Assembly (NCBI GenBank): GCA_963716475.1
Contig: OY970314.1
Span: 500,790-564,789, forward strand
Direction of reading: 5' to 3'
Length of the DNA: 64,000 nt
Origin: Candidatus Woesebacteria bacterium
GTDB taxonomy: Bacteria > Patescibacteriota > Microgenomatia > UBA8517
Shown here: in pieces, positions 8,742 through 18,958 of the stretch
Layout: every line of letters starts with the position of its first letter
Position numbering within the stretch: position 1 is the first letter of the stretch
The notes under the pieces: generated by a model
Told to the model about the DNA's origin: nothing
The model's database searches: none
The model's input: only the letters and a program-made list of their open reading frames with translations
Position numbers and translations under genes: made by a program

Positions 8742-9804
8742 TTTTCACGAAGTCAATAAATTCCTTCTTAAATCGCTCTTTCGAGAATCTGTCTGCGTTG
8801 GTCTTTAAAACGTTTATATCAAACTTGATCTTTTCAAACTTTTTAACGGCATCTATCAAACTTGCAGGCTTTTGTTCTTCAAAAAGTATCCCGGTTTTGT
8901 CCGGGATTACCGTATCAATCGCACCGCCTTTTTTGTAAGCGATAACCGGAACTCCAAACTTCTGTGCTTCGACTGATACGATCCCAAAATCTTCTTCCTG
9001 CGGCATAATCAAAGCTTTCGCACCGGCATAATATTTGACTAGACCCGCTTCGGAAACCTGACCCACAAATTTGATGTTACTGCCTGCCATTCGTTTTAAC
9101 TTATTCTCTTCGCGACCCGTCCCGATGATGATAAGCGGATACCCAAGTTTATTAAACGCCTTTAGTACCAAATCTACCTTCTTATAACCGACAAGTCTCG
9201 ACACTGTTAAATAATATTTTCTGTTGTTACCTTTCTTAACATTTGTCGGGGTAATATTAACAGGAGGGTAAATAACATTAGAATCTCTGACATAATAGCT
9301 CTTTATTCTATTTTTCACTTCTCTCGAAATAGAGATAATTTTATCCGGTCGGTTAGATGCCAATTTATCCCATCTTCTAAGACTATCCACAAACGGTTTT
9401 GCAATAACTTTAGATAATACTGTCCCAAAGTAGTGTTCATAATGACTCCATAAGTACCGCGTTGGGGTTAGACAATAACAAATATGCAAAGTACCCGGTT
9501 TCGTGCGGATGCCTTTGGCCGCTTCACTGGTAACAGATATCACCAGATCAAAATCAGAAAAATTAAATGATTCAAAAGCCAGTGGCATTAAAGGTGCCAA
9601 AAATTCGTGATTTGATCTGGCAAAGGGGAATTTTTGTAAAAATGACGTCACAACTGCCGGAAATACTTTTGCCCAGGGGGCGCCCCCCGGATCATATACA
9701 GAAGTATAAAGAGGGGCTTCCGGAAAAATTTCATGGAGAGCAAGAAGAACCCGTTCGGCTCCTCCCCATTTATTTACCCGGTCGTATACTATAGCAACTT
9801 GCAT
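8725..9804 (-). CDS. glycosyltransferase family 4 (GT-B, retaining)
   Basis: 359 aa. C-terminal GT4 donor-binding region (QEEDFGIVSVEAQKFGVPVIAYKKGG). Confidence 0.8.
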   Translation of the reverse strand: MQVAIVYDRVNKWGGAERVLLALHEIFPEAPLYTSVYDPGGAPWAKVFPAVVTSFLQKFPFARSNHEFLAPLMPLAFESFNFSDFDLVISVTSEAAKGIRTKPGTLHICYCLTPTRYLWSHYEHYFGTVLSKVIAKPFVDSLRRWDKLASNRPDKIISISREVKNRIKSYYVRDSNVIYPPVNITPTNVKKGNNRKYYLTVSRLVGYKKVDLVLKAFNKLGYPLIIIGTGREENKLKRMAGSNIKFVGQVSEAGLVKYYAGAKALIMPQEEDFGIVSVEAQKFGVPVIAYKKGGAIDTVIPDKTGILFEEQKPASLIDAVKKFEKIKFDINVLKTNADRFSKERFKKEFIDFVKNARMF

Positions 9805-10891
9805 ATATTCGTAGTGTTTCTTCCGCCATTTTAGCCCAGGAGTAACGTTTTACAAAATTCAGGGCTTTCTCAATTTTCCCGGAACGCGATTTTTCATCCG
9901 TCTCTATAGCTCTCTCCATGGCCTTTTCTATCGATGTAAAGTCCAAGGGATTAAAAAATATCGCGTTGTCCTGATAAATTTCTCTAAAAACCGGAATGTC
10001 CGATGCCAAAACCAGAGTTCCCGATGCCATTGCCTCAAGTCCGGGCAAACCGAAACCCTCGGAAAGGGAAGGGGAAACAAATCCAACCGAATTTTTATAC
10101 AACCCGAATAACTCTTTATCTGAAATAAAACCCAGTAATTTAGTGTAACTCCCTGCCCCATGCTCATGAATTAAACTTTCCAGTCTCCGGGTAAATATTC
10201 CCCTCGATGTTGCAATAAGTAATTTCACCGGTTGAATATATTTTTTGTTCAATAAAACCACTGCTTCCATTAATCTATTAAGATTTTTGTGGGGATAAGC
10301 GTTGCCGGCATAAATAAAGTACGGTTTCCCCGAAAAATTACTACTCATGTCAATCTCTTTGACTTCCGCTCCCAAATGCGTTACGAAAACTTTGCTTTCG
10401 GAAAGTCTGTAATATTTAACCAGTTCTTCTTTAATTGCCTGGCTGGGAGCAATGATTTTTTCGGACCGTCTTACGGCGTTGTCAAAAACCAATCTGTAAC
10501 CTAATCTTTTTAAAAAATATAAGGGAGCCGACAGGGTTGTAGCCGCCAAACCAACACTCTTATGCATAAGCATATCGTGTATTGTCACAATGTAATTACC
10601 CCGATAGAAAACAGGTGCGTTGAAATGCGGAAAGTGAACTAAATCCGGACTTTCATTATTTATTAGGTTCGGAAGTTTAAATTGCTCTGCAAAACTATAA
10701 TGGCGGAAGTCAGCTTCTATTTTTTTCCAATTTTGGGGTAATTTCAGACTGTCAAAATACTTCTTTCTGAGTAGGATTACATATTCATTACGGGAGTCTA
10801 TCTTTCCAAGTTGATCAATAAGATTAATAAGGTATCTGCCGAGACCTGCATTTTCCAAACCATATAAACGCCCGTCAATCAAAATTTTCAT
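9770..10891 (-). CDS. glycosyltransferase family 4
   Basis: 373 aa. SEGFGLPGLEAMASGTLVLASDIP is a GT4 E-x7-E-type motif. Confidence 0.8.
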   Translation of the reverse strand: MKILIDGRLYGLENAGLGRYLINLIDQLGKIDSRNEYVILLRKKYFDSLKLPQNWKKIEADFRHYSFAEQFKLPNLINNESPDLVHFPHFNAPVFYRGNYIVTIHDMLMHKSVGLAATTLSAPLYFLKRLGYRLVFDNAVRRSEKIIAPSQAIKEELVKYYRLSESKVFVTHLGAEVKEIDMSSNFSGKPYFIYAGNAYPHKNLNRLMEAVVLLNKKYIQPVKLLIATSRGIFTRRLESLIHEHGAGSYTKLLGFISDKELFGLYKNSVGFVSPSLSEGFGLPGLEAMASGTLVLASDIPVFREIYQDNAIFFNPLDFTSIEKAMERAIETDEKSRSGKIEKALNFVKRYSWAKMAEETLRIYASCYSIRPGK

Positions 10892-12087
10892 AGGGTTCCG
10901 GTTTTTTCATATATTTTGTCCAAATACTCTCCCATTTTATACCAGCTGAATTTTTCTTCGACCAATTTTCTTGCATTTTCCGCTATTCTTTTTGCAAGAT
11001 TTTCATCATCCAAAACTCCCAAAACCGCCTCGGCCATTTCCCCCGGTTCATCCCGAATAATAACCTCTTTCCCGTCGGTTGCCTCAAGTCCCTCAGCCCC
11101 GACAGAAGTCGTGACGAGAGGCAATTTTGCAGCCATTGCGGCAAGATGTTTAAGTCTGGTTCCGCCGGGTCCCCGTAAAGGAGAAACAAAAACTGAAGAT
11201 TCATAGTACGCCTTCCTTATACTCTCCTGGTCGTCTTCTTTTAAATCATCAATAATAATATTTTCGGATTTATATTCAAGAATTTCTTTGGGAACATGCT
11301 GTCCGACAATCCATACTTTAATATCGGCATTTTTTCTATGAATCAAGGGGAAAACTTCATCCAAAAGCAGTTTTGCCGCTTCAACATTCTGCAGCCATTT
11401 GAAATTTGCTATAAAAAGGATTTTCGGGTTTTGGCTGGTCCAACTATTCTTCTCTCGAAAAAAATTAAGATTTACTCCGTTAGGAACAAGATCAACTTTA
11501 AGACCTGGAACAAGTTTCAACATTTCCTTTTTATCAGATTCGGAAACGGCAACCACACGATTGGCCTTTTTCCAAAAACTGGTTTCCCAAAAGCGCAGCT
11601 TGGCCACGTCGATTGAAAGAAGCCACCTGACAAGAATATTTTTTGATCCTTCAACATAATGCTTATAAACAAGATATTCTATCGTCTGCTCAACGAGCAG
11701 TATCGGTATGTTTGTCTTGGGAATATGAGGCATTACATAAAATGTTTCTGCATGTATAAGATCGTAATGAACATGTTCTACCTCACTTACAACTGCATCC
11801 TTTTCCTCCGGTGAGAGGTTGCGTATTACCAGGAACGGATATGGCCCGAACCCCGTAAGTAAAATATTTCTTAGTGTCCATGGTGACTTCGAGCGTTTGA
11901 AGACCTGAACCTTCGAACAATATTTAGTCAACTCCGGAATAAATCTTTTTTCCGAATCATCTTTGATCAAAGAAAAGAGCGTTATCTCGTGTTTTTTACT
12001 TAAATCCTTTATTAAGTTATATGAACGGATTTGCCCACCCGAGGAATCGGGAAAAGGCAAATATGGGGTGAGCATTAATATCTTCAT
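10888..12087 (-). CDS. glycosyltransferase family 4
   Basis: 399 aa. FVSPLRGPGGTRLKHLAAMAAKLPLVTTSVGAEG is a GT4 C-domain. 4-bp overlaps on both sides. Confidence 0.8.
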   Translation of the reverse strand: MKILMLTPYLPFPDSSGGQIRSYNLIKDLSKKHEITLFSLIKDDSEKRFIPELTKYCSKVQVFKRSKSPWTLRNILLTGFGPYPFLVIRNLSPEEKDAVVSEVEHVHYDLIHAETFYVMPHIPKTNIPILLVEQTIEYLVYKHYVEGSKNILVRWLLSIDVAKLRFWETSFWKKANRVVAVSESDKKEMLKLVPGLKVDLVPNGVNLNFFREKNSWTSQNPKILFIANFKWLQNVEAAKLLLDEVFPLIHRKNADIKVWIVGQHVPKEILEYKSENIIIDDLKEDDQESIRKAYYESSVFVSPLRGPGGTRLKHLAAMAAKLPLVTTSVGAEGLEATDGKEVIIRDEPGEMAEAVLGVLDDENLAKRIAENARKLVEEKFSWYKMGEYLDKIYEKTGTL

Positions 12088-13559
12088 CTAATTGTTAATG
12101 GAGATCGGAGGTCGATAATAATATATTTATCAGTTTTTTCTATCGTCTTGAAACGTCCCTCAATCATTTTTGTGTCGGAGCTCCCCAAATCGACCGAGAC
12201 ATAATAACCCGCACCTTCCTTGATAATATTGTCTATTGAGCTATCAATGGCGGGCCAACCCCAGCGGTTTGTCGCATATAAGAAAGCCGTATCTCCGTCA
12301 TATGGGGCAACTATGAGGGTATTCTTCGGGGTAATTTTATCTATCTCCGCCCCCGCGGCAAGTATTTCCGGATGGTTGATATTGTAGTCTCCGACAATCT
12401 GATTCCATCCGGTAATAAGCATCACCACAATTGAAATAATCAAAATAACTCTTGTTAAAACCCTGTTAAACGTTTTCGTGGTCCAAAGGTAAATAGCTCC
12501 GGCTGCAAGCCCCAAAGAAATCGCAGGGATTGTAAGTATTTGGTAGTAGTCATGCATCACATTTGCATCCGCAACCAATATTACGTAAAAAAGTGCTCCT
12601 GCCAAAAACACGTGGACAAAGAAATTTTTAACCTTTGTATTTAATACTCCGAAAACAAACGGGATTAATCCCATTGAACCCAATATAAGATGTCCCAGCC
12701 TTTCACCGAATATCCAGTACCAAAAAGACGGTTTAAAACGGATATGGTTACCGTTAAATGCCCAGGTATAAAAAGGAATGCCCTGAGGAAACTTGGCTTC
12801 CCACATTCTCCAAAGGAAAAACGGCACAAATGCCAGAATAAAATAGATTGCGGTACTAATCATAACTTTCTTATCGTTTATAAACTTCTTAATACCGTAC
12901 TTTTTTAGAGCCAGATAAATTATCGGGAATATATAAAATCCCAGATACGGCTTAATCAGCATTGCCAATCCGAAGAAAATTCCGGAAATGTAAATAAGCG
13001 GTTTTTTATCCGTAATCGTAAACTCCAAAAATGCCCAGAGCGAGATCATGCCAAACATCACACCCATCGGGTCCGGCAAAATAACCCTGGTGAAATAAAT
13101 GTTAAAGGGTATAAAAAGATAAAAGAATGCACCTAGCAGCCCTCCCCATTTCCCCATTAATCTTTTTCCGATCAGGTATATAAAAAACGAAGTTATTAGT
13201 GCGCACGAAATAGTTATTAATCTTGCCCAGGTTTCTAAAGAAACGGATTTAAAGTTAACACTCAAAACTGCATTTAGGGCATTGTAAAACGGGAACTCAA
13301 CCATCCTGTAGCCCTCGGGGTTGAATATTCCTGTTTGAATACTTGAGATATCATGATACCTCGGAATCAATAGATTAATCCCCTGTTGTACATAGGTTCG
13401 GCTCACCGAGGCTGTGTCCGCCTGTCTCCATGAATGCCAATCGGCAACGGGGTTATCTATTTTATATAACCTCACTAAAAAGCCCAAAATAAGTATTATT
13501 GATAATAATATATACTCAAATAATTTCCCTTTAAAAAATTGATTAATTTTGATGTTCAT
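12084..13559 (-). CDS. polytopic GT-C-fold glycosyltransferase candidate (PMT_2/ArnT-like)
   Basis: 491 aa, at least 10 TM. The first loop reads RLYKIDNPVADWHSWRQADTASVSRTY, an acidic loop after TM1 as in GT-C enzymes. No soluble-enzyme motifs. Confidence 0.45.
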   Translation of the reverse strand: MNIKINQFFKGKLFEYILLSIILILGFLVRLYKIDNPVADWHSWRQADTASVSRTYVQQGINLLIPRYHDISSIQTGIFNPEGYRMVEFPFYNALNAVLSVNFKSVSLETWARLITISCALITSFFIYLIGKRLMGKWGGLLGAFFYLFIPFNIYFTRVILPDPMGVMFGMISLWAFLEFTITDKKPLIYISGIFFGLAMLIKPYLGFYIFPIIYLALKKYGIKKFINDKKVMISTAIYFILAFVPFFLWRMWEAKFPQGIPFYTWAFNGNHIRFKPSFWYWIFGERLGHLILGSMGLIPFVFGVLNTKVKNFFVHVFLAGALFYVILVADANVMHDYYQILTIPAISLGLAAGAIYLWTTKTFNRVLTRVILIISIVVMLITGWNQIVGDYNINHPEILAAGAEIDKITPKNTLIVAPYDGDTAFLYATNRWGWPAIDSSIDNIIKEGAGYYVSVDLGSSDTKMIEGRFKTIEKTDKYIIIDLRSPLTIR

Positions 13560-14979
13560 AATTAAGATCTCTTACCAAGAAAACGGCTAAACCAATAAGC
13601 AGCCAGAATATTGTAGCAAACTTCGACGCTTCAAAAATGTCAATAAAGACTGCATTTAATAAAGATCCAAAAAAACCTCCTATTACTCCCGCAACAAAAC
13701 CTAATTTAATACCGGTTAGCTTTTCGGTAAGCGGAAGACAAGATATGAAAACAACCACTATCCTAACTAATATAAGAATAAAGCCCAGAAAACCCAAAAT
13801 TCCGACCTCGGCCAAAAGTCTTAAATAGTCATTATCAACCGCCAGGCCGACTGAAGAGTATCCTGTACCGATAAGGGGATTCTTGAAAAATGCGCGGATT
13901 GCCCCCGGCCATTCAACATTAAGTCTGATCGAGGTCGACCTGTCTTCAAGAACAGGAATTGGTGTACTTACGGGTGGCGCCGTTTCCTTTAAGGCCGGAA
14001 TAGTCAGCTCTTGCGCTGAAATTTTAAAATTGGAAAAGTTTGTTTCTACAATCTTAACATTTTTGATTTTTTGAAAGTAAACGTCAATTAAGCTTTTATA
14101 CCTTGCAAAAAGACTTGTTGAAAACCCGCTCAAAACCAAACTGATAATCACAACTGCGATCATTGCCTTATATTTCTTGACTAAGAATAGGGAAATACAT
14201 ATTGCTGCCAGATATGATACTAAAGAAATTCTCGAGGCTGTATTTACCAACAACCAATAACCGGAAAGAGAAACTATAGACAAAAGTATTTTGGCTAGTT
14301 TGCCCTTAACTACAAAAATAAGAGTTATCAGAATAGGCAAAATCAAAACCATATACGAGGCAAGATCATAATGGCCGGCAAACGTTGAGGTTAACTGACT
14401 ACCCGGAATCCAACTTAAGGCAATTCCCTTTGAGGATTCCGAATTCTGAGTCACGATTACCGGAAAATTGAGATATTTTTGTCCCACACCGTATAGGAAG
14501 GCTACAAATACGGTAATTATCAGAATCTTAACGTAAAACTCCAAGTTTTTGTCCTTCTCGTAGGGAAAAAAAGCCAGAACGGCGAAGAACGGAATAAAGT
14601 ACTCCACACGCCTGAGAAGGTGCAAAACCCCAATACTGGGAACTACTGTTTGCGTCAAAAACACGCCGGCAAGTACCGACACCGATCCGATAAGAAGAAA
14701 AACAAGCATTGCCCGGGTTATTTGGTCATCAAATACTTTCTTAAGGCTGGGAATAATTTTGATAAAAGTAAATATCGCGGTAATAGCTAACAAAAAATCC
14801 TCAAATCTTATAGAAACATACGTTCCCGGGACTTGAATGAGAGGAAATTTCGGGTAAAGAGGCACAATAATAATTAGCGCGGCTACCAGATACTTAAAAA
14901 ATTTATTTAACGGTTCAATAAGTTTATGCATTTTTATAATCGAAAGATCCATTTTGATGTTTTCACCGTTTTTACCCAC
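13543..14979 (-). CDS. O-antigen ligase / polymerase family membrane protein (Wzy_C-type)
   Basis: 478 aa, polytopic. Wzy_C-like region GTGYSSVGLAVDNDYLRLLAEVGILGFLGFILIL. An alternative start (MHKLIEP) would reduce the 46-bp overlap with the downstream gene. Confidence 0.6.
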   Translation of the reverse strand: MGKNGENIKMDLSIIKMHKLIEPLNKFFKYLVAALIIIVPLYPKFPLIQVPGTYVSIRFEDFLLAITAIFTFIKIIPSLKKVFDDQITRAMLVFLLIGSVSVLAGVFLTQTVVPSIGVLHLLRRVEYFIPFFAVLAFFPYEKDKNLEFYVKILIITVFVAFLYGVGQKYLNFPVIVTQNSESSKGIALSWIPGSQLTSTFAGHYDLASYMVLILPILITLIFVVKGKLAKILLSIVSLSGYWLLVNTASRISLVSYLAAICISLFLVKKYKAMIAVVIISLVLSGFSTSLFARYKSLIDVYFQKIKNVKIVETNFSNFKISAQELTIPALKETAPPVSTPIPVLEDRSTSIRLNVEWPGAIRAFFKNPLIGTGYSSVGLAVDNDYLRLLAEVGILGFLGFILILVRIVVVFISCLPLTEKLTGIKLGFVAGVIGGFFGSLLNAVFIDIFEASKFATIFWLLIGLAVFLVRDLNYEHQN

Positions 14980-15458
14980 TCACTCGCCAAAATCCAGATT
15001 AAACCCAAGGTGGAAAGTCCTATTAGCACCCGCAAAAAAACATTTGAACCTACATATTTAATAATCACTTTTTGGTTAAACGTTTTACCGTCAACCTCAA
15101 ATGTACCTCCGCCGGGCCCGAGTACATTTCCTGCAACATATATCGATTCGCGCATTGGGTGAACTATCTCCTCCAAAAAAGTGGCCTTAGTTTGGTCTCT
15201 AATTAAAGTTTGTGCATCTTCAGGCGGATAGTTAAGAGTCTCCCCCCATCCAAACTCCGCTACATAATGACTCATCAATTGTTCCCTGGTTAAATTTGTA
15301 TAATATCCGCGCCTTAGGGGAGTTTCCTTATCGGCTGGTTCAGTCGAAGATACAAAGTCCCAAAGGGTTTTAGGAAAGGGCGGGGCCGGCCAAACCAAAT
15401 AGACCAAAAGTCCAATACCTAAAAGGGCAAATATAATTTTTACCAGATTTTTCATCAT
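14934..15458 (-). CDS. small bitopic membrane protein (hypothetical)
   Basis: 174 aa. N-terminal TM, soluble middle region, C-terminal TM. No motifs recognised. Confidence 0.4.
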   Translation of the reverse strand: MMKNLVKIIFALLGIGLLVYLVWPAPPFPKTLWDFVSSTEPADKETPLRRGYYTNLTREQLMSHYVAEFGWGETLNYPPEDAQTLIRDQTKATFLEEIVHPMRESIYVAGNVLGPGGGTFEVDGKTFNQKVIIKYVGSNVFLRVLIGLSTLGLIWILASEWVKTVKTSKWIFRL

Positions 15459-16051
15459 TGAAAGAGGCGAGGCCGACCTAAATGGTAACTTGGGTTTTTA
15501 TTTTTTCGTTCTCCGATCTCTTTCGCGGGAACTCCCCCGACTATGGCAAAATCACGCACATCTTTGGTCACAACCGCTCCGGCCGCTACGACTGCTCCCT
15601 TACCTATCTTAACCCCCGGTAAAACAATGGCTCTGGGACCTATAAAAACGTAGTCTCCTATCCAGACGGGCTCAGTTATTGCCGAAAAATCGTCCTTTTC
15701 CAAATTATGCTCGGAATTATAAATCATCACAGAGGAGGCAATGTCAACATGATTCCCGATGATAAGTGGAGCCCGTCCGTCCAAAAAAGCGTGATCACCG
15801 ATAATTGTATTGTTACCGATAACAATCCCTTCCGGTTCAAAAAAACCTGCCCACATGTGGACAACCGACCCTTTCCCTATCTTCATTCCGGCTAACCTAT
15901 AAAATAATTTCCGGAATAGGTGCGACGGGACATGACTTACCCACCTGAGAACCATTAACTCAAAATCCAGTAAATAGTTATAGAGTCGGTTCGAAACCTT
16001 TCCCAAAGCCTCCTTATTTGATAATTCCTTGCCTGATTTGTCCTTAAACAT
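15455..16051 (-). CDS. hexapeptide-repeat (LbH) sugar O-acetyltransferase, WcaF/WbbJ-like
   Basis: 198 aa. Repeated [LIV]-G-x-x-x-x hexapeptides ([35 protein letters not shown]...[15 protein letters not shown]). Confidence 0.8.
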   Translation of the reverse strand: MFKDKSGKELSNKEALGKVSNRLYNYLLDFELMVLRWVSHVPSHLFRKLFYRLAGMKIGKGSVVHMWAGFFEPEGIVIGNNTIIGDHAFLDGRAPLIIGNHVDIASSVMIYNSEHNLEKDDFSAITEPVWIGDYVFIGPRAIVLPGVKIGKGAVVAAGAVVTKDVRDFAIVGGVPAKEIGERKNKNPSYHLGRPRLFQ

Positions 16052-16055
16052 AAAT

Positions 16056-17180
16056 CTAGATATTAGTAATTACCTCCAACGTTTTTCTCGCTGTTTTCTC
16101 CCAGGAAAAATCCTTAACTTGCTCCAAGCCTTTCCTGACATAACCATTATACTTCGCAACCGGCGCCAAAAGCACCTCTTTCATGCCTTGGGTAATACTC
16201 TCCGTATCTTTTGGATCAACTATTATCCCTGCCCCCCCCACAACTTCGGGAAGACTTCCGACTCCGGATACAACAACCGGCACCCCACAGGCCATTGCGT
16301 TAAGTGCATCCAAACCAAATCCTTCCCAAAACGACGGAAGAACAAATAACCTGGCTCCCCTGATTAATGCCGGTTTATCTTCCTCGTCAACAAAATCGGT
16401 AAAAATTATCCGATCCGTTAGCCTCATTTTTTCCACTTTTTCAAAAATTGGTTCAAAAAGCCAACCTTTCTTTCCCGCAATCACCAACCGAAGTTCGGGT
16501 TTTAGAGTCCGGAGTTTCGAAAAAGCCTCTATTAAATTTTCTATATTCTTGCTGGGTTTGAGCGTACCCAAATATAATACATAGTCCGTAACTATGGAGT
16601 ACTTATCCATCACACGTCGCACATCATCATTGGTAATTTGAGTATTAAATCTATCTGCGTCGTAGGCTAACGGTGTAACGTAAATTTTGTCTTTCGCAAA
16701 CGGATAGTGTCGTACAATATCTTCTTTTGTACTATTTGATATCGCTATGATCCTCTTTGATACAAAAATACTTATAGCACTCCATAACTTTAACTGCCAA
16801 AAGTCTTTTTTTCTAAATTGCTCCGTAAATTCGAGGTATCCAAGGTCCATTATTGAACATATTCGGGGTATTGAAGCTATCGGTGGTACATAGTGACTCG
16901 GAGAAAAGAAAATATCACATTTTGGCTTTCCAAAAAAAAGATATGGCATAAGTCTGGTTAGAATCCAGGCGGATCCTCCTTTAATAACCTTATATTTGAA
17001 GAATTGGCTCTCCTTGGGCATGTCTTCTTTGGGATTTTCCTTGAGATAAACCACAAGCGTATGCTTATCTTTCCATTCATCCTGTAGTTTCCGCAGATTT
17101 TTCAGTAATTCGTAGGCGTAGGTGTTCACACCCACCCTTTTATCTACGTTAGCCTCGTTTCCGTCGATACCGATTTGCAT
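16056..17180 (-). CDS. glycosyltransferase family 4
   Basis: 374 aa. [37 protein letters not shown]. Confidence 0.8.
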   Translation of the reverse strand: MQIGIDGNEANVDKRVGVNTYAYELLKNLRKLQDEWKDKHTLVVYLKENPKEDMPKESQFFKYKVIKGGSAWILTRLMPYLFFGKPKCDIFFSPSHYVPPIASIPRICSIMDLGYLEFTEQFRKKDFWQLKLWSAISIFVSKRIIAISNSTKEDIVRHYPFAKDKIYVTPLAYDADRFNTQITNDDVRRVMDKYSIVTDYVLYLGTLKPSKNIENLIEAFSKLRTLKPELRLVIAGKKGWLFEPIFEKVEKMRLTDRIIFTDFVDEEDKPALIRGARLFVLPSFWEGFGLDALNAMACGVPVVVSGVGSLPEVVGGAGIIVDPKDTESITQGMKEVLLAPVAKYNGYVRKGLEQVKDFSWEKTARKTLEVITNI

Positions 17181-17260
17181 TTAGCTAATTATACTCGTAA
17201 ATTATTTTGAGCTGAAGCATAAAATAGTTTGGCTCCTAATGTGTAGTAGAATATGACTAT

Positions 17261-18958
17261 ATGAAACGGCTGATGTTCATTATTCTTTTGGCGGCGGCCT
17301 TTTTAAGAGTCCTCAATTTAAATACGGTCCCGCCGGGGGTGGCTAATGACGAGCTCAATATAGCTATAAACGCGGAGTCTTTGCTTAAAACAGGTACAAA
17401 TATTCCCGGTGTGGTCACGGGAATCATCGGGAAAACCTCGGGAGATCTGTCAATGGGAATACATAGTGAGATCGGTTCATTTTTGATTATTCCTTTTGTT
17501 GCGCTCTTTGGATTCAATTTTGTATCAGTTAAAATTCCGTTTGTTCTTGCAAGTTTAGGCATCGTAGTTATCGGTTATTTTCTTACCAAACGGCTTATTA
17601 ACCAAAAGGCAGCACTTATTGCCATGGCGCTTCTTGCCGTTAATCCTTGGCTAATCTTTTTCGGAAGGGCAGCTTACGAATCTATATTAAGTTCATTCTT
17701 TAATTTATTGGCAATTCTCCTAATAATAAATCTTACGGGTTGGAAGAAAATTTACGCCTTATTGCCGCTTATCGCGGGGTTCCTTTGTTATTTTTCGGCA
17801 AAGACCCTTGTCCTTCCCGTAAGTTTGGTTGCATCTTACGCTTCGGCTGTCTTAAACAAAGATCATAATTATAAACCGCTTATAACACTCAATGTTCTGG
17901 TTTTAGCTGTTGTTATCTTATATCTTCTTATTCTCCCAAAAACACCCGCGGGTGCACGAATTAATGAGTTAAAATCTTCCGAGATTCCCCAAACGGTTAA
18001 CTCAAACAGAACAGCAAGTTTAGATAGCCCTCTCTCCCTGCCATTCGAAAATAAAATTATTGAAGAGCTGAGAATTAGAATACCGGCTTCACTCGGAGAA
18101 TTTAACCCAATTTATTTATTCTTTAACGGTCAGCCTGAATCAATTCCATCATTATCAATCCCCAACCATGCATTCATGTACGTGATTGATCTTCCGCTCA
18201 TCATACTGGGAATAATATTTATGGCGGGCAAGTATAAAAAGCAGCTAACAATTCTCTTAAGCTTCATCGTCATAACCCTGATACCAAATTTTCTTGACCT
18301 GCAGGGAACAACGTATTCCATTAGGACGGTAATACTTTTCCCCGTCCTTGGGATAATCTCTGCTATAGGGATTTATTCGCTGGGCAGTGGTCTACTTAGA
18401 AAAATTGTGGTCTTAATTTACATAATTTTCGTTTTGAATTTTTGTTATATCTACTTCGACAGGCTTCCGGTAGTAAAAAGTGAGGGTTGGTTTTTGTCCC
18501 AGCGGGTATTATCCAGGTACATAACTGAGACTATGACAAAAAGCCCGGAGACAAAAATATTATTTGTAACTGAACAACCGAAACTGGCATTTTACAAATA
18601 TCTTTTTTACGGCGGCAAATATACGGATCCGAAAGAAATAAATTCCATTAACGATATGATCGCCAAGGAGGATTATGAAATCGGCAATTTAACAATAACT
18701 GCTGAGTGTCCCAAAGATCTGAGCTTTCAAAAACAGGAAATCGTTATCACGAGTGCAGACTCAAATTGTGCAAAATCGAAGAACATCTCGATTAAATCGA
18801 TTTATGACGCCGGAGACATATTTTTCATATCCCAAGACTTACTCTGCCGGGGTTTTGCCAAAAATCATTATCCCCTAATCAAAAATGCCGGAACACTTGC
18901 TGTAGAAAAATTAACTACTGAGGATTTCTGTAAAAATTATATTTCGGCCTCTTTATAA
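17261..18958 (+). CDS. PMT_2/ArnT-like GT-C-fold membrane glycosyltransferase (paralog 1 of 6)
   Basis: 565 aa. After TM1 the loop reads NTVPPGVANDELNIAINAESLLKTGTNIPG, homologous to the W-DE-x-S-x-GYNA-x-S loop of the five other paralogs. Polytopic N-terminal half, soluble C-terminal domain. Confidence 0.6.
   Translation: MKRLMFIILLAAAFLRVLNLNTVPPGVANDELNIAINAESLLKTGTNIPGVVTGIIGKTSGDLSMGIHSEIGSFLIIPFVALFGFNFVSVKIPFVLASLGIVVIGYFLTKRLINQKAALIAMALLAVNPWLIFFGRAAYESILSSFFNLLAILLIINLTGWKKIYALLPLIAGFLCYFSAKTLVLPVSLVASYASAVLNKDHNYKPLITLNVLVLAVVILYLLILPKTPAGARINELKSSEIPQTVNSNRTASLDSPLSLPFENKIIEELRIRIPASLGEFNPIYLFFNGQPESIPSLSIPNHAFMYVIDLPLIILGIIFMAGKYKKQLTILLSFIVITLIPNFLDLQGTTYSIRTVILFPVLGIISAIGIYSLGSGLLRKIVVLIYIIFVLNFCYIYFDRLPVVKSEGWFLSQRVLSRYITETMTKSPETKILFVTEQPKLAFYKYLFYGGKYTDPKEINSINDMIAKEDYEIGNLTITAECPKDLSFQKQEIVITSADSNCAKSKNISIKSIYDAGDIFFISQDLLCRGFAKNHYPLIKNAGTLAVEKLTTEDFCKNYISASL

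Noticed and set aside
17181-17260. Sigma70-type promoter calls in the short intergenic gaps (17181-17260, 28377-28469, 48570-48619, 51747-51768)
   Set aside because: Candidate -10 hexamers (TAGAAT at about 17248, TATAAT at about 28445) lack properly spaced -35 partners, with 12-13 bp spacers. In AT-rich sequence such matches are expected by chance, so they are not reported as features.
17257-17562. Minus-strand 101-aa ORF overlapping the start of the plus-strand PMT_2-like gene
   Set aside because: The plus-strand gene carries the conserved DE-loop motif shared with five paralogs. The minus ORF has no support and would leave the promoter region occupied.
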